Shown: positions 23,098-37,049, counted from the first letter of the stretch. The stretch: 64,000 nt of DNA from Octopus vulgaris (GCA_951406725.2 OX597833.1:57536001-57600000), one strand, 5' to 3'. Notes: generated by a model from the letters alone, not told the origin. Numbers and translations are program-made.

Positions 23098-23759
23098 TAT
23101 ATCTTTTGGGTCGAACGGTTAAGTCGCCGGTTGTCTCGCCTTCAAGTAAATCCATGCTTGTTTCTTGTGTTTTTTTTCCCTCCCTTATTTTTGCTTTTCG
23201 ACTTTATAATGTATACCATGTCTTTGATCCTGGTGGCTTGGAGCGTCGGAAAAATGCCTAACGGTATTTCCTTCGACTCTTTATGGTCTGAGATCAAATT
23301 CCACTGGGATCAACTTTGCCTCTCATCTATCTGAAATCGATAAAGTATAGGACTAGTCAATTACTGGAGCTTGTATAATGGGACAAATTGTGTCTCCCTC
23401 AACATTTTCAGGCCTTCTACCTAAATTAGAAACACTTATTATTATTCCAAATTTTCAGGGTCCTAGAAGGCCTTACTTCGAGCTCTCGGATTTTAAGGCA
23501 GTGAGCTTGAATAATTTTAGCGCGTCGGACAAAATACTCAACAGCATTGAAATCTTTGCCTTCTGATTTAAAATTCTTTGGAGGTCAAACTAACATTTCG
23601 TTCAGTCGAAGTCAATAACATAAAATACCAGTTGATCCCAGTACTTATCTTATGGTTGGCACTTATTCAATCGCTGTCTTCTGCCAAACTGCTAGGTCAC
23701 AGGGACGCAAACAAAACGAACGCCAGTTGTGAAATGGTGGGGAGGGACACACACACACT

Positions 23760-24362
23760 TCTTCACTACCCACATAGAGGACGAACAAGGACAGACAAAC
23801 GGATTAAGTCGATTCCATCGACCCCAGTGCGTAACTGGTACTTAATTTATCGACCCCGAAAGGATGAAAGGCAAAGTCGACCTCGGCGGAATTTGAACTC
23901 AGAACGTAGCGGCAGACGAAATGCTGCTAAGCATTTCGCCCGGCGTGCTAACGTTTCTTATTTCTTTATTGCCCACAAGGGGCTAAACATAGAGGGGACA
24001 AACAAGGACAGACAAAGTGATTAAGTCAATTACATCAACCCCAGTGCGAAACTGGTACTTTTTATTATCGACCCCGAAAGGATGAAAAGCAAAGTAGACC
24101 TCGGCGGAATTTGAACTCAGAACGTAGCGGCAGACGAAATACGGCTACGCATTTCGCCCGGCGTGTTAACGTTTCTTATTTCTTTATTGCCCACCAGGGG
24201 CTAAATATAGAGGGGACAAACAAGGACAGACAAAGCGATTAAGTCAATTACATCAACCCCAGTGCGTAACTGGTACTTAATTTATCGAGCCCGAAAGGAT
24301 GAAAAGCAAAGTCGACCTCGGCGGAAATTGAACTCAGAACGTAACGGCAGACGAAATACCTA

Positions 24363-24365
<3 letters not shown>
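23760..24365 (-). mobile_element. SINE A trimer
   Basis: Junctions aacgtttcttatttctttattgccc near 23950 and 24170. Confidence 0.9.
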
Positions 24366-24400
<35 letters not shown>

Positions 24401-24759
24401 CGACGAACTTCCATGCAGTTTTCATCTGCCAAATTCACTCACAAATCATTGGTCTTCTCGTGGCTTATAACAGAAGACATTTTGCACCAAGTTGCCACGC
24501 GGTGGAACTGAACCGGAAATCACTTGGTTGCAAGGCGGGCTTCTTAACCGCACAGCCATACTCGCGCGCCCGTTTGTATTTATTTATATTTAGGTGTGTC
24601 TTCTAATGCGATAAGTGTTTTATATTCTCCTTTATGAGTTTCCATTGAAGTCCTTCTTTGCGTTCGTATGGAAAGCCATAAACGCCGCATTGTGTGTATA
24701 TAATATAAACAAGGTCGTTGAAATGTATATACGAAGAAAAACCGATCTCCACACCTACA

Positions 24760-25087
24760 TGTGTGTGTGTGTGTGAATGCTTGTGTGTGTGTACATGTGA
24801 GTGTGTGTGAATGCGTGTGTGTGCACATGTGAGTGTGTGCGTGCGAGCATGTGTGTGTATTTTTATGTGCATGTGTGTGTGCGTTTTTGTGTGCATGTCT
24901 GTTTGTGTGCATGTGTGTGTGTGTACATGTGAGTGTGTGCGTGCGAGCATGTGTGTGTGCGTTTTTGTGTGCATGCTTGTTTGTGTGCATGCGTGTGTGT
25001 GCATGTGTGCGCGTGCATGTGTATGTGTATGTGTACATGTGTGTGAATGTCTGCTTGCATATGTGTGTGTATATATGTATATATATA

Positions 25088-25118
<31 letters not shown>

Positions 25119-25312
25119 GTGTGTGTGTAGGTGTGTGTGTGTATGTGTGTGTGTATGTGCGTGTGTGTGTATGTGAGTATGTGTATGTGTGTGTGTGTGT
25201 GCGTGTATGTGTATGTCTACATGTGTGTGAATGTCTGCGTGTATATGTGTGTATATGTGTGTGTATGTGTGTGTGTATGTGTGTGTACGTGTATATGTGT
25301 GTGTATATGTGT

Positions 25313-25354
<42 letters not shown>

Positions 25355-25365
25355 ACGTGTGTATG
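24760..25365. repeat. (TG)n-rich compound microsatellite
   Basis: Directly visible. Confidence 0.95.
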
Positions 25366-25467
25366 ATTGATGTTTCCTATTACAACGAATTTTTTTTTTT
25401 GTTGAAATATATGTGAAACGGAAAAACCAAAATCAAAATACGATTAAAGTCCTGTATATTGTTCTTA

Positions 25468-25487
25468 CATCATCACCCTCCTCCTCT

Positions 25488-25518
<31 letters not shown>

Positions 25519-25564
25519 CTTCATCATCATCATCATCCCCTTCATCATCATCATCATCCTCCCC

Positions 25565-25637
<73 letters not shown>

Positions 25638-25714
25638 CCTTCATCATCATCATCATCCCCTTCATCATCATCATCATCCTCCTCTTCATCATCATCATCA
25701 TCATCATCATCCTC

Positions 25715-25785
<71 letters not shown>

Positions 25786-25871
25786 CCTCCTCCTCCTCCT
25801 CTTCATCATCATCATCACCATCATCACCATCATTATCATCATCACCATCATCACCATCATCACCATCATCA

Positions 25872-25900
<29 letters not shown>
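25468..25900. repeat. (CAT)n microsatellite
   Basis: Directly visible. Confidence 0.97.
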
Positions 25901-25902
<2 letters not shown>

Positions 25903-25943
25903 CAACAAATACAAAATCAACAATAGCAGCAGCAACTGCCGCA

Positions 25944-26390
25944 GTGGAGGCGCAATGGCCCAGTGGTTAGGGCAGCGGACTGACTCGCGGTCGTAAGAAC
26001 GCGGTTTCGATTTCCAGACCGGGCATTGTGAGTGTTTATTGAGCAAAACCACCTAAGCTCCACGAAACTCCAGCGGTGGGGGTATGTGAACCCCGTTGTA
26101 CTCTTTCACCACAACTTTCTCTTACTTTCTTCCTACTTCTGCCACAACGCAGAGGAACCATAGTGTAATCCACACTATGGTGTGGTAAACTTACAGACCC
26201 TAATCTAGATTGCGAATCCTCTGTACCCCAGGATGGTTCAGCTCTCCACCCGTTAAAAGCCACCGTTATCGGAATGAGGATAACAACGTAGCTTTCACGC
26301 CCGTGCATCCGCCAGTCTATCGCGTGTGGTGGGTGGATCTTCAAGTTGCCACACGCATTCTTAGTAGCTTAGAGTAGGCTCGAATGAGTT
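25944..26390 (+). mobile_element. SINE C, tail type iv
   Basis: C head and body to ctttcttc near 26132, then a tail not seen in the other copies, containing the hairpin accatagtgt-aatcc-acactatggt. Confidence 0.75.
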
Positions 26391-26391
26391 A

Positions 26392-26614
26392 AAAAGCATT
26401 CTGTGCCGTATGAATATGTCCCTCGTTTAAGAAACAGATTGGGTTTATTTACATTTGTGAAGAAAAAAAAAAGATACCCTTCCCCCCACCCCTAACCCTA
26501 ACCCTAACCCTAAAACAGATTGAACTGCAATAGATCGATACTAGGGTCATAATTATGGGTGACAATTTCATATGACACCGCTAGAAAAAACTGCTGTTCA
26601 AACCGAAAAGATCC
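26392..26614 (-). mobile_element. Half copy of the TTAGGG-containing MITE
   Basis: Reverse complement of about 21088-21310; intact terminus gaaaagatcc. Confidence 0.88.
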
Positions 26615-26954
26615 TATATATATATATAACTATCTGATGAAGTTACATGAAACTTCAGGTTTGTTTCAGTTTTAATAAAACAGTAATTTACTTCACCTTT
26701 GGTTTTCGAGTACTATTTTTACCACATTCTTTTGTATCTCTGTGCTTCCTTAAGTGTGTATGTGTGTGTGTGTGTAACTGAGTGTGTTTGCTCTCCGCAC
26801 ACCACTTGGCAATCAGACAGACAGACAGACAGATAAAGAGACAGAGAGATTGTTCGATAGATAGACAGACAAGCGATAAACAGACAGACAGACAAACAGA
26901 CGGATAGATAGGTTGGTAGGTTTGTGAATGAGAGGATGGTTGGAAGACGAGTAA

Positions 26955-26990
<36 letters not shown>

Positions 26991-27442
26991 TAGCAGTGGC
27001 AGCAGGAGGAGCGACAAAAAGAAGATAAATATCACAAGCTCCAAGACGATAACGCTCTCAGGACCATCGAAGCGAATGAGGACGTGTCAGACTGGCTGTG
27101 GCTGCCGTTGACGTCGTCTCCTTTCCAGTGTCTCTGCTAAACTCATTACACGCCGGTGACCTTCACACATTTTGATGAGGCCTGGTGTTTATTGCTTTTT
27201 GATAGGTCTTCGGTACGGTTGGTTTAACTGACCGGACCACTCGCAAACCGGTAGAGGAAAAGAAGAGATAGATGGATACATTGATTCGATAGATGGATAG
27301 ATAGATAAATTAGATTGAGAAGCAGAGAGAGAAGACAGGGACAGAGAGCTACAGAGACAGATAGACAGATACATAGACAAAAATATAGATAGATAGGTAG
27401 ATAGATAGATAAATAGATAGGTGAGATAGATAGTTAGATATA

Positions 27443-28053
27443 CGGCGGCGAGCTGGCAGAAACGTTAGCACGCCGGGCGAAATGCTTAGCAGTATTTCGT
27501 CTGCTGCTACGTTCTGAGTTCAAATTCCGCCGAGGTCGACTTTGCCTCTCATCCTTTCGGGGTCGATTAAAGAAGCCCGTGGTATATATTTATTACAGTC
27601 ATTTTGGCTGCGGCCATGCAGGAACACCGCCTTTAGTCGAGCAAATCGACCCCAGGACTTATTCTTTGTAAGCCTAGTACTTATTCTATCGGTCTCTTTT
27701 GCCGAACCGCTAAGTTACGGGGACGTAAACACACCAGCATCGGTTGTCAAGCGATGTTGGGTGGGACAAACATAGACACACAAACACACACACATATATA
27801 TACATATACGTATATACGACAGGCTTCTTTCAGTTTCCGTCTACCAAATCCACTCACAAGCCTTTGGTCGGCCCGAGGTTATAGGAGAAGACACTTGCCC
27901 AAGGTACCACGCAGTGGGACTGAACCCGGAACCATGTGGCTGGAAAGCAAGCTACTTACCACACAGCCACTCCTGCGTCTAAATCGGCTTAATCCGTTTG
28001 CCTGTCCTTGTTTGTCCCCTCTATGTTTAGCCCCTTGTGGGCAGTAAAGAAAT
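27443..28053. mobile_element. SINE A (plus strand) interrupted by SINE B (about 27590-27980, minus strand)
   Basis: A head at 27443-27570 and A tail at 27982-28053 flank an inverted B copy. Confidence 0.85.
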
Positions 28054-28065
28054 ATATATATATAT

Positions 28066-28122
28066 TTAAATGATAAACTTCTGGAAAGTTTTACATATTT
28101 TTACAGTCATTTTTACAGTGAT
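28066..28122 (-). pseudogene. Extreme ORF C-terminus of an R4/Dong-like RLE LINE
   Basis: TVKICKTFQKFII* aligns with GTVKISKTISKIL at about 47907-47946; abuts (TATG)n. Confidence 0.6.
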
Positions 28123-28672
28123 ATGCATGTATGTATGTATGTATGTATGTATGTATGTATGTATGGATGTATGTATGTATGGATGTATGTATGTATGTAT
28201 GTATGTATGTATGTATGCATGCATGCATGTATGTATGTATGTATGTATGTATGTATGGATGGATGGATGGATGGATGGATGGATGTATGTATGTATGTAT
28301 GGATGTATGTATGTATGTATGTATGCATGCATGCATGTATGTATGTATGTATGTTTGTATGTATGTATTTATGTAAGTATGTATTTATGTATGTATGTAT
28401 GCATGTGCATGTATGCATGCATGCATGTATGTATGCATGCATGTATGTATGTACGTATGTATGTATGTATGTATGTTTGTATGTATGTATGCATGTACGC
28501 ATGCATGTATGTATGTATGCATGTATGTATGTATGCATGCATGTATGTATGTATGCATGCATGTATGTATGTATGTATGCATGTATGTATGTATGTATGT
28601 ATGTATGTATGCATGTATGTATGCATGTATGTATGGATGGATGTATGGATGGATGGATGGATGGATGGATGT
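28123..28672. repeat. (TATG)n/(TGGA)n tetranucleotide satellite
   Basis: Directly visible. Confidence 0.97.
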
Positions 28673-28974
28673 TTAGTATACAGAAATATATACAAACAAT
28701 ACCGGTACCTACAGCATGGTGTCAAGTCTCCAATGGCTGAAACTAGAAAAAAAAGAAGTCACACACACACACACACACACATACACAAACATACACACAC
28801 ACACACACACACACACGCACAAACACATACATACACATACACGTACGCACTAACAAGTATGCGTTTCTAAGTGTTATTGCTTGTTGTATTGGTTCGCGTA
28901 GTTTATTGCCCGCGATAAAAAATACCAGCGAAAGTCTGAAAACCTGTCCGTTGTACTTCACAGCTTATATTTAT

Positions 28975-30266
28975 GGGGGATGGCGATGATAGTCATGGCG
29001 ATGGTGGTGATGGTCGCGGTTGGAGCTGATGGCGTGGGGACAGCGATGGCGGCCGGTATACGGCGTTTTGTTGATAAAACGAAGACGGAGCTGGTGATAG
29101 TGATGCTGGTTGGTGGTGGTGCTAGTAGCGGTAGTGGTGATGGAGGTGGTTGAAGCGGAATGTTGAAGTGTGTCGTGGCACAAATCGTTGTGGCGACAGT
29201 GTCGGAGGTGGTTGCACTCCTATATGGGGAAAAGGAAGGTGGTGGTGGTGGCGCTGGCAACGAAGCAGTGTGGTGGTGATAACGGTGGAGGCGGTAGTGA
29301 TGCTGGTAGCGATGGTGATGGTGGTACTGCTGTGGGGGGTCAAGAAGGTGGTGGGGGAGGTGGTGGTAATGAAAGCTGCGTGGTGGTAGCTGTGGTGTTG
29401 GTCATAACGTTGGAGGTGGTACTGATGGTCTTGTTGGGTGGTGATGCTGTTTGTGGTTGTGGTGGTGAAGGTAGCGGTGGTGATGGTGATGGTGGATGTG
29501 GTGATAATGGTTGTGGTAATGGTAGTGGTGGTGATGGTGGTGATAGTGGTTGTGATGGTGGTGGTGGTGGTGGTGGTGATAGTGGTAGTGGTGATGATGG
29601 TAAAAGTGGAGGTGGTGGTGGTGGTGATGGTGGTGATGGTGGTGGTGATGGTGGTGATGGTGAACATGTTAATAGTGGAGGTGGTGGTGGTGGCGGTGGT
29701 GATAGTGGTGGTAGTGGTGGTGATAGTGGTTTTGATACTGATGATGATGGAGGTGGTGGTGGAAGTGGTTTAAGTGAATGTTGAAAGGTGTCGCGCCAAA
29801 ACACTCGAGAGGTAAGGGTGAGGGTGAGGGTAGTAGTATAAACAATTGAAGATAGCGGCGGAGGTGGGGCAGTGATGTTGCTGCTGATGATGATGGAGCT
29901 GGGGTTGCGATGGCACCGGTGCAAGCAGTGGTGGTGGCGGCTGTGGTGGTGGTGGTAGCCTAAGTAAACGCTGAAAGATGTGGTGGTGGAAATACAAGGG
30001 GCTGAAAGTGGTGATGGGCAGCTTAAGAGTGGTGGTGTCAGTTGTCGTAGTGGTGTTGGTGGTAGTGTCAGTGGCAGTGGAGGTGGTAGTTTAAGTAAAT
30101 GCTGAAAAATGTCGCGGACAGTTGTGGGGGATGTAGTACAAACATTTGAAGGTGGTGATGGCTGTTGTGTAGCTGACGGTGATGGTATTGGTGGTGGTGG
30201 TGGTGGCGATGGGGCAGTGGTGTGGTCGTCGTCGTGGTAGTGGTGGTAGTGGAAATGGTGGTGATG
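28975..30266. repeat. (GGT)n-rich low-complexity tract with old internal duplications
   Basis: Directly visible; a taagt(g/a)aatg(c/t)tgaaa...gtcgcg block recurs near 29770, 29960 and 30090. Confidence 0.85.
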
Positions 30267-30663
30267 GCAGGAGTGGCTGTGTGGTAAGTAGCTTGTTTAC
30301 CAACCACATGGTTCTGGGTTCAGTCCCACTGCGTGGCATCTTGGGCAAGTGTCTTCTACTATAGCCCCGGGCCGACCAAAGCCTTGTGAGTGGATTTGGT
30401 AGACAGAAACTGAAAGAAGCCCGTCGTATATATATATATATATGTGTGTGTGTGTATATGTTTGTGTGTCTGTGTTTGTCCCCCTAGCATTGCTTGACAA
30501 CCGATGCTGGTGTGTTTATGTCCCCGTCACTTAGCGGTTCGGCAAAACAGATCGATAGAATAAGTACTGGGCTTACAAAAGAATAAGTGCCGGGGTCGAT
30601 ATGCTCGATTAAAGGCGGTGCTCCAGCATGGCCACAGTCAAAATGACTGAAACAAGCAAAAGA

Positions 30664-30672
<9 letters not shown>
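30267..30672 (+). mobile_element. SINE B
   Basis: Colinear with the other B copies. Confidence 0.92.
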
Positions 30673-30694
<22 letters not shown>

Positions 30695-30892
30695 GGATAA
30701 GTTGTAGAAATGGTGATGGTGATGTTGATAGTGGTTGTGGTGGTGGTGGTGGTAGTGTAGAAGATGGTGATCATTGATTGTACTGGTGGTTTTGTCATAT
30801 AAGCACAGCGGGCGATTGCTGTGGCCCTTCACGAGAAATTATATTGAGTGGCACATGTCTACTTTGGACGGGTGTGGAGAACTCTCTCTTTC

Positions 30893-31101
30893 TCTTTTAC
30901 TCTTTTACTTGTTTCAGTCATTTGACCGCGGCCATGCTGGAGCACCGCCTTTAGTCGAGCAAATCGACCCCAGGACTTATTCTTTGTAAGCCCAGTACTT
31001 ATTCTATTGGTCTATTTTGCCGAACCGCTAAGTGACGGGGACATAAACACACCAGCGTCGGTTGTCAAGCAATGTTGGGGGGGGGGACAAACACAGACAC
31101 A

Positions 31102-31163
<62 letters not shown>

Positions 31164-31340
31164 CATATACATAAATACGACGGGCTTCTATCAGTTTCCG
31201 TCTACCAAGTCCACTCACAAGGCTTTCTTTGGTCGGCCCGAGGCTATAGTAGAAGCCACTTGCCCAAGGTGCCACGCAGTGGGACTGAACCCGGAACCAT
31301 GTCGTTGGTAAGCAAGCTACTTACCTCACAGCCACTCCTG
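30893..31340 (-). mobile_element. SINE B
   Basis: Colinear with the other B copies; tail-to-tail with 30267-30672. Confidence 0.92.
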
Positions 31341-31361
31341 TTCAAAAAAAAATGTGGTTAT

Positions 31362-31695
31362 TGAGATGGCAGAATCGTTAGCACGCCGGGCAAAATGCTT
31401 ATTGGCATTTCGTCCGTCTTCATGTTCTTGAGCTCAGATTCCGCCGAGGTCGACTTTGCCTTTCATCCTTTCGTGGTCGATAAAGTAACTACCAGTTGAG
31501 TACAGGGATCAAAGCATGGAGTTTTGGCAGAGTGAAGCTAGTCGATTGCATCGACTCTACTGTTCACTCGATATTCATTTTATCGAGTCCGAAAGTCGAT
31601 CTCTGCGGAATTTGATCTTAGAACGTAAAAACCAGAAGACGTGCCGCTAAGAGTTTTGTCCGGCGTGCTAACAATTCTGCCAACTCGCCACCTTC
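31362..31695. mobile_element. Two older SINE A copies in inverted orientation
   Basis: Plus copy at 31362-31510 and minus copy at about 31540-31695. Confidence 0.75.
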
Positions 31696-31873
31696 GGATC
31701 TTTTCTGTCTGGCTTCACTTGCTGAAATTTTAAAGTTAATTGAAAATTTTCTAATTTGGTACATTAATGTAATCCAGCACGCAGTATCTGATAATGTTAT
31801 TCACTTGTTCCAGAAGAAAAAAATTTTTGAAAAATGCTGCAAAGGTTTAAAATTTGATAATTTTTATCCAGCC

Positions 31874-32095
31874 AGGCGTAGGAGTGACTGTGTGGTAAGT
31901 AGCTTGCTTACCGACCACATGGTTCCGGGTTCAGTGCCATTGTGTGGCATCTTGGGCAAGTGTCTTCTACTATAGCCCCGGGCCGACCAAAGCCTTGTGA
32001 GTGGATTTGGTAGACAGAAACTGAAAGAAGCCCATCATATATATGTATATGTATGTGTGTATGTGTGTGTATATGTTTGTGTGTATATGTTTGTG

Positions 32096-32127
<32 letters not shown>

Positions 32128-32352
32128 TATCTGTGTGTGTGTGTCTTTGTTAGTCCCCCCAACATCGCTTGACAACCGATGCTGGTGTGTTTACGTCCCC
32201 GTAACTTAACGGTTCGGCAAAAAGAGAGCGATAGAATAAGTTCTAGGCTTACAAAGAATAAATGAGTCCTGGGGTCGATTTGCTCGATTAAAGACGGTGC
32301 TCCAGTATGGTCACAGTTAAATGACTGACACAAATAAAAGAGTAAAGAGTAA
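31874..32352 (+). mobile_element. SINE B
   Basis: Colinear with the other B copies. Confidence 0.92.
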
Positions 32353-32579
32353 CCAGAAAACAGGATACGGAAGTTGGCATTTTGTGCGTGATTACAATGA
32401 TTGATGGTAACATAATGACTAAAAAACATTCAACGACGGAAGTTTTAATTAGTGTTAATGAATAAAGTCATGTGAAATGTTGGAACAGGCATATTAAGCG
32501 AAAAGTTACCCCCAAAAAAGAAAAGAAAGAAACGGAACGTTAAATTACATAAACAAACTGTAGTTCAGTTCATGTAAAC

Positions 32580-34072
32580 CAGTGATTCCCAACGTGGGGC
32601 ATACACCCCACCAGTGGAGCCTCAAAATCCAGCATTTTTCTTTTTCTGTTTTTCTTTTCAGTGGGACACGGAATTGCGAAAAATCTTTTTTTCACAGCAA
32701 ACATACGACACCTATACTCAGCCTTGCCAAACCAATCCCTCCAGTTAAGCTTACTGTGTGAAGACTGTTCGTTTCTTTATTAACCACAAGGGCCCAAATA
32801 TAGAGGGGGACAAACAAGGACAGACAGGACACCACAGAGGGGACAATACATAGAACGAATATGATTAAGATGATTATACAATAATGGGGTTATGAATGGC
32901 TGCATGCGCCCCTCATCACATGCAGTAACCTACCTCTTTACTACCCACAAGGGGCTAAACACAGAGGGGACGAACAAGGACAGACAAACGGATTAAGTCG
33001 ATTACATCGACCCTAGTGCGTAACTGGTACTTAATTTATCGACCCCGAAAGGATGAAAGGCAAAGTGGACCTCGGCGGAATTTGAACTCAGAACGTAACG
33101 GCAGACGAAATACGGCTACGCATTTCGCCCGACGTGCTAACGTTTCTGCCAGCTCATCACATGCAGCACCGTTTCCTCATCACATGCAGTACCATTAATC
33201 TTTTTTACTGTCCGTTTTTATCATGTATTTACATAACAATTAATTATCGTGATCCATACCATTGCAAGTATTTGAACCGTTATATACATTGCCTACAATT
33301 GTTCTCCTATTTTCCAATATTTTTTTAAACATAGCATAAAACACTTTACTCTTTCTTTTTTTCCTTTTATGTGTGAAGACTGTTTGCTACGGAATCTAAC
33401 GCTCTGGTATGGATATTTCTTTAAAGGAAATATATTATTAGGAGAAGTCGATAAATTATTAATCCTTTTACGTATTTTATACAAATAGCATGACGATTTG
33501 TTGTTAGAAATTGTCTGTGGTTGGAAAAATGAGTTTATTCTGAGCTCATCCTGACTTTTGATGCTGAAATGATAAACCATCTAGAGACAACCAATTCACG
33601 GTTTCAAATGTGAGTAAATATTAAAGAACATGTTCTGTATTTCGTATTTTCAAAGAAAAAAATTAATTAAAATTTTTCATTCTTTATAAGAAAAAAGTTT
33701 TTTTCATACTTCAAGTAGGCCAGCATATTTGATGTTTTTTTTTTCTAAGTCACGGTTGAGTCTATTTAACGTTGGCAAGGTTTCATATTCTGGATGTATT
33801 TTCTTAACGATCGAAAGAGGTATGAAATTTAATGCAAAAAGTAAGTTTATTAAGCATAGTTTGATCTTGAAAAGAACTTAAACAAAGTAGAATTTGGATT
33901 TTCCTAATAATCTTAGAAGAACCTGACCGCAGAGTGACCATTATTGCAAACCCGATTCCTATTCAATAATTGTGATAAATATCAAAAATAAAGTGTATGC
34001 TCCACCGGTGGGGCATATATTTTTCTGGAAAGTTATAGAGGGTCTTGGGGGAAAACAGGCTGGGAAACACTG
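32580..34072 (+). mobile_element. Decayed hAT (Charlie-like) DNA transposon with a nested SINE A (32930-33155)
   Basis: TIRs cagtgattcccaac / gctgggaaacactg; 8-bp TSD atgtaaac (32572-32579) / atgtaagc (34073-34080). Confidence 0.8.
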
Positions 34073-35054
34073 ATGTAAGCAGTACATATTTTGTAGCGAG
34101 AACGTTAAATTACGAATAAACAAACAAACGGGTGAGCAGACGACACAACAGCTTGACTTTTTACTATGAAAACAGGCACCGACATGTCAGTGATTTTCGA
34201 TTGGCTAAGATTACACCAAATTTGCAAACTTTAAAAGCTATTAACTCTTTATTTATTAATTTATTAATGGCAAAAATGAATTTCACTTCCATAATTAGCA
34301 TACAAAACTACATCAATACACCAAATTTGAAATGAACTGGAACAAAATTGAAGGAATTGGAAAGTGCACGCCAAACAGAAAAGGTCCCCGCCTTCAAGAC
34401 CGCCAGTAATGGAAATGGATTTTTAGGAAGTAAGGCTTCGCTAAGGTCCATGAGACGGAAGATTGGACGGAAGGCGGGGCTGTTAAACTCCATAAGCCCC
34501 CACCACCATCTCGACAAGAGACGAACGAGAAGGAGGATTACCGTCTCCTTGGATACTCCACCCATAATCCATCATGGCAGACAGGACTACCGAGTCTTTT
34601 ATTTGGACAAGATTGAAGCAAAATGTTTTATTGCAATGGTGATTATGCGGGACCGGTGTGTTGTTTGATGGACATGGTGGTAGGGAGAATCATAATGGCG
34701 ATGTTGATTTATGCTAGACAGTCACCGTTTCGCAACTACGTGGTTTTTGGGTTCGGCCCCGCTGGACAGATCCCAGGGTAAATGTTTTCTATTATAGCCC
34801 TAGGTCGACCACTGCCTTTATGAGTGTATTTAGTTGACAGAAGCCCTTCATGCACACACACACACACACACACTCACACACACACACTCACACACACACA
34901 CACACTCACACACACACACTCACACACACACACTCACACACACACACTCACACACACACATACACACACACACTCACACACACTCACACACACACACTCA
35001 CACACTCACACACACATACACACTCACACACACACACTCATACACACACACACT

Positions 35055-35100
<46 letters not shown>

Positions 35101-35116
35101 CACTCACATATATATA

Positions 35117-35335
35117 CGAGGGGTGCTGAAAATTTCTTGGCTTTAAGGGTATCGCGAAAGACCTGGCTAGCAGCCCAACCTTCCGAGTTCTTTTACAGGG
35201 CTTAGAAAAACTGAAGGGCCACTGCAATAAGTGTGTGAACCTGAGAGGTGGGGAATATGCCGAATATAATCAAAATTAACTGATCCTCCTGTATTTTCTT
35301 TTACCCAAAACCAGGAACTTTTCAACACCCCCTCG
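35117..35335 (+). mobile_element. Mariner-derived MITE nested in the microsatellite of an old SINE B (about 34720-35625)
   Basis: TIRs cgaggggtgctgaaaa.. / ..ttttcaacaccccctcg; left TA; internal NKCVNLRG resembles a mariner C-terminus. Confidence 0.85.
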
Positions 35336-35360
35336 TGTGTGCGTGCGCGTGTATATATTG

Positions 35361-35428
<68 letters not shown>

Positions 35429-36091
35429 GTGTTTCTCTTTCATGCTTCACAACCGGTGCTGGTTTGTTTGCTTCCCCTAAGCTAGCAGATCTGCGAAAAG
35501 TAGGTGATAGAATAAGTGCCGGCTTAGAAAATAAATAACGGAGACGATTTAATCGACTAAACTCCTCAATGCAGTGCCCCAGCATGGTCGCAGCCCAATG
35601 AGTGAAATTAGTAAAAGAGTGAAAAGAACAGAAAACCCCCAGAGTACCTTCTGCGTGAAGAACATATAGTTAAGTGCGTGCTACCTACTTAATGTGCTGA
35701 GCCGGAAAAAAATAAAAGAAATAACCATTTCATATTATAGCTGTAAAGAGAAAACATTTCATCAGCCTTAATGAATATTACTCTCAAAAGGAAAAAGGGA
35801 GAGAAATGCGAATCTCTATGAAAAGGCCATCGAAGATGCAACACAATAGGACTGACCAAGGAATTATGTGACACCTTGGGTAAGCATTTTCCCTTATAGC
35901 CTCAGGCTTTGTAAATGACTGTGCACTTGGTTATTTCGTCGTTTTCCTAACATGAAATCTATTAAAATCTACTTCATAAGAAATTCAACTGCCAAACATT
36001 AAAGTAGGCCAAACTTGTCACCACGCTTTTATAAAAACGATATATGTAAATAGAAGTACATTTCAATAGGAAATGTAAAAAAAACGCAACC

Positions 36092-36471
36092 TTAATTACC
36101 TCAGCCTTCGCTAAGGCGGAGGTATTATTTTCAGTCGTGCTTGTTTGTTTGTTTGTCTGTCCGTGGACAAGAGATCTCAAGAACCGCTGGATGGATTCGG
36201 ATGAGACTTTTAAGGATGTTTGGCTCCGTGACTGACACGAACTGATTAGATTTTGGGATCGATCCGGTACAGGACAAAGATTCTGGATTATTTTTCCGTT
36301 TCTTTTTTACTTAATTTTTGAGAGCAGTCTGTCTCATTTTTAGTATTCTCGTTTGTGAGAGCAGTCGAGTTTATTTCAGATATTCTCATTTTAAAAATCA
36401 TTTCCGGCTAATCGTTGAGAGGACGTTGATGTTGCCTTGGCGGAGGTTTGCGCTCTCTGAGTGCTCTTGTT
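36092..36471 (+). mobile_element. Helentron-associated non-autonomous element (HINE/DINE-1-like)
   Basis: 5' attacctcagcc..aggcggaggt hairpin, (GTTT/GTCT) microsatellite, 3' subterminal ggcggaggt followed by the gcgctc-tct-gagtgc hairpin. Confidence 0.8.
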
Positions 36472-36606
36472 GTAAAGTCGACCTCGGCGGAATAAGAACT
36501 CAGAATGTAAGGATAGACGGATGCAAGCTTGGTGCCGAAATTAGCCCAATTAGTAATCCTTTCTACTATAGACACAGGGCCTGAAATTTAGGGGAGGGGA
36601 TAGTCG

Positions 36607-37049
36607 ATTACATAGACCCCAGTGCTCCACTGGTACTTATTCAGTCGACCCTGAAAGATAGAAGGCAAAGTCGACCTCGGTGGAATTTGAACTCAGATCG
36701 TAACGTCGGACGGAGGGACGAAATGCTTTTTGCTGAGCTTTTTGGCCAGCATGCTATCGGTTCTGCCATGCTTGGTGCCTTAATTAGTCCAATTAATAAT
36801 GAACATAGAAACCATCCAATGAGAAGTCACATTACATAAACCCCAGCGTTCCACTGGTACTTATTCTGTCGACCCTGAAAGATAGAAGGCAAAGTCGACC
36901 TCGGTGGAATTTGAACTCAGATCGTAACGTCGGACGGAGGGACGAAATGCTTTTTGCTGAGCTTTTTGGCCAGCATGCTATCGGTTCTGCTATGCTTGGT
37001 GCCTTAATTAGTCCAATTAATAATGAACATAGAAACCATCCAATGAGAA
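36607..37049 (-). repeat. Recent 224-bp tandem duplication of an old SINE A plus flank
   Basis: 36607-36825 and 36831-37049 are nearly identical and share private substitutions. Confidence 0.92.

Noticed and set aside
26490-26513. Telomere or chromosome-fusion scar
   Set aside because: Only about four CCCTAA units, located inside a MITE present twice in the window.
26634-26665. CTGATGA words here and near 51845, 56575 and 60228 as hammerheads or C/D snoRNA boxes
   Set aside because: No adequate stem II/GAAA or terminal stem; compatible with chance or heavy decay.
24580-30000. CVCV, YVCM, poly-Ser/His and Gly-rich ORFs (and similar ORFs throughout the window)
   Set aside because: Stop-free microsatellite artefacts.
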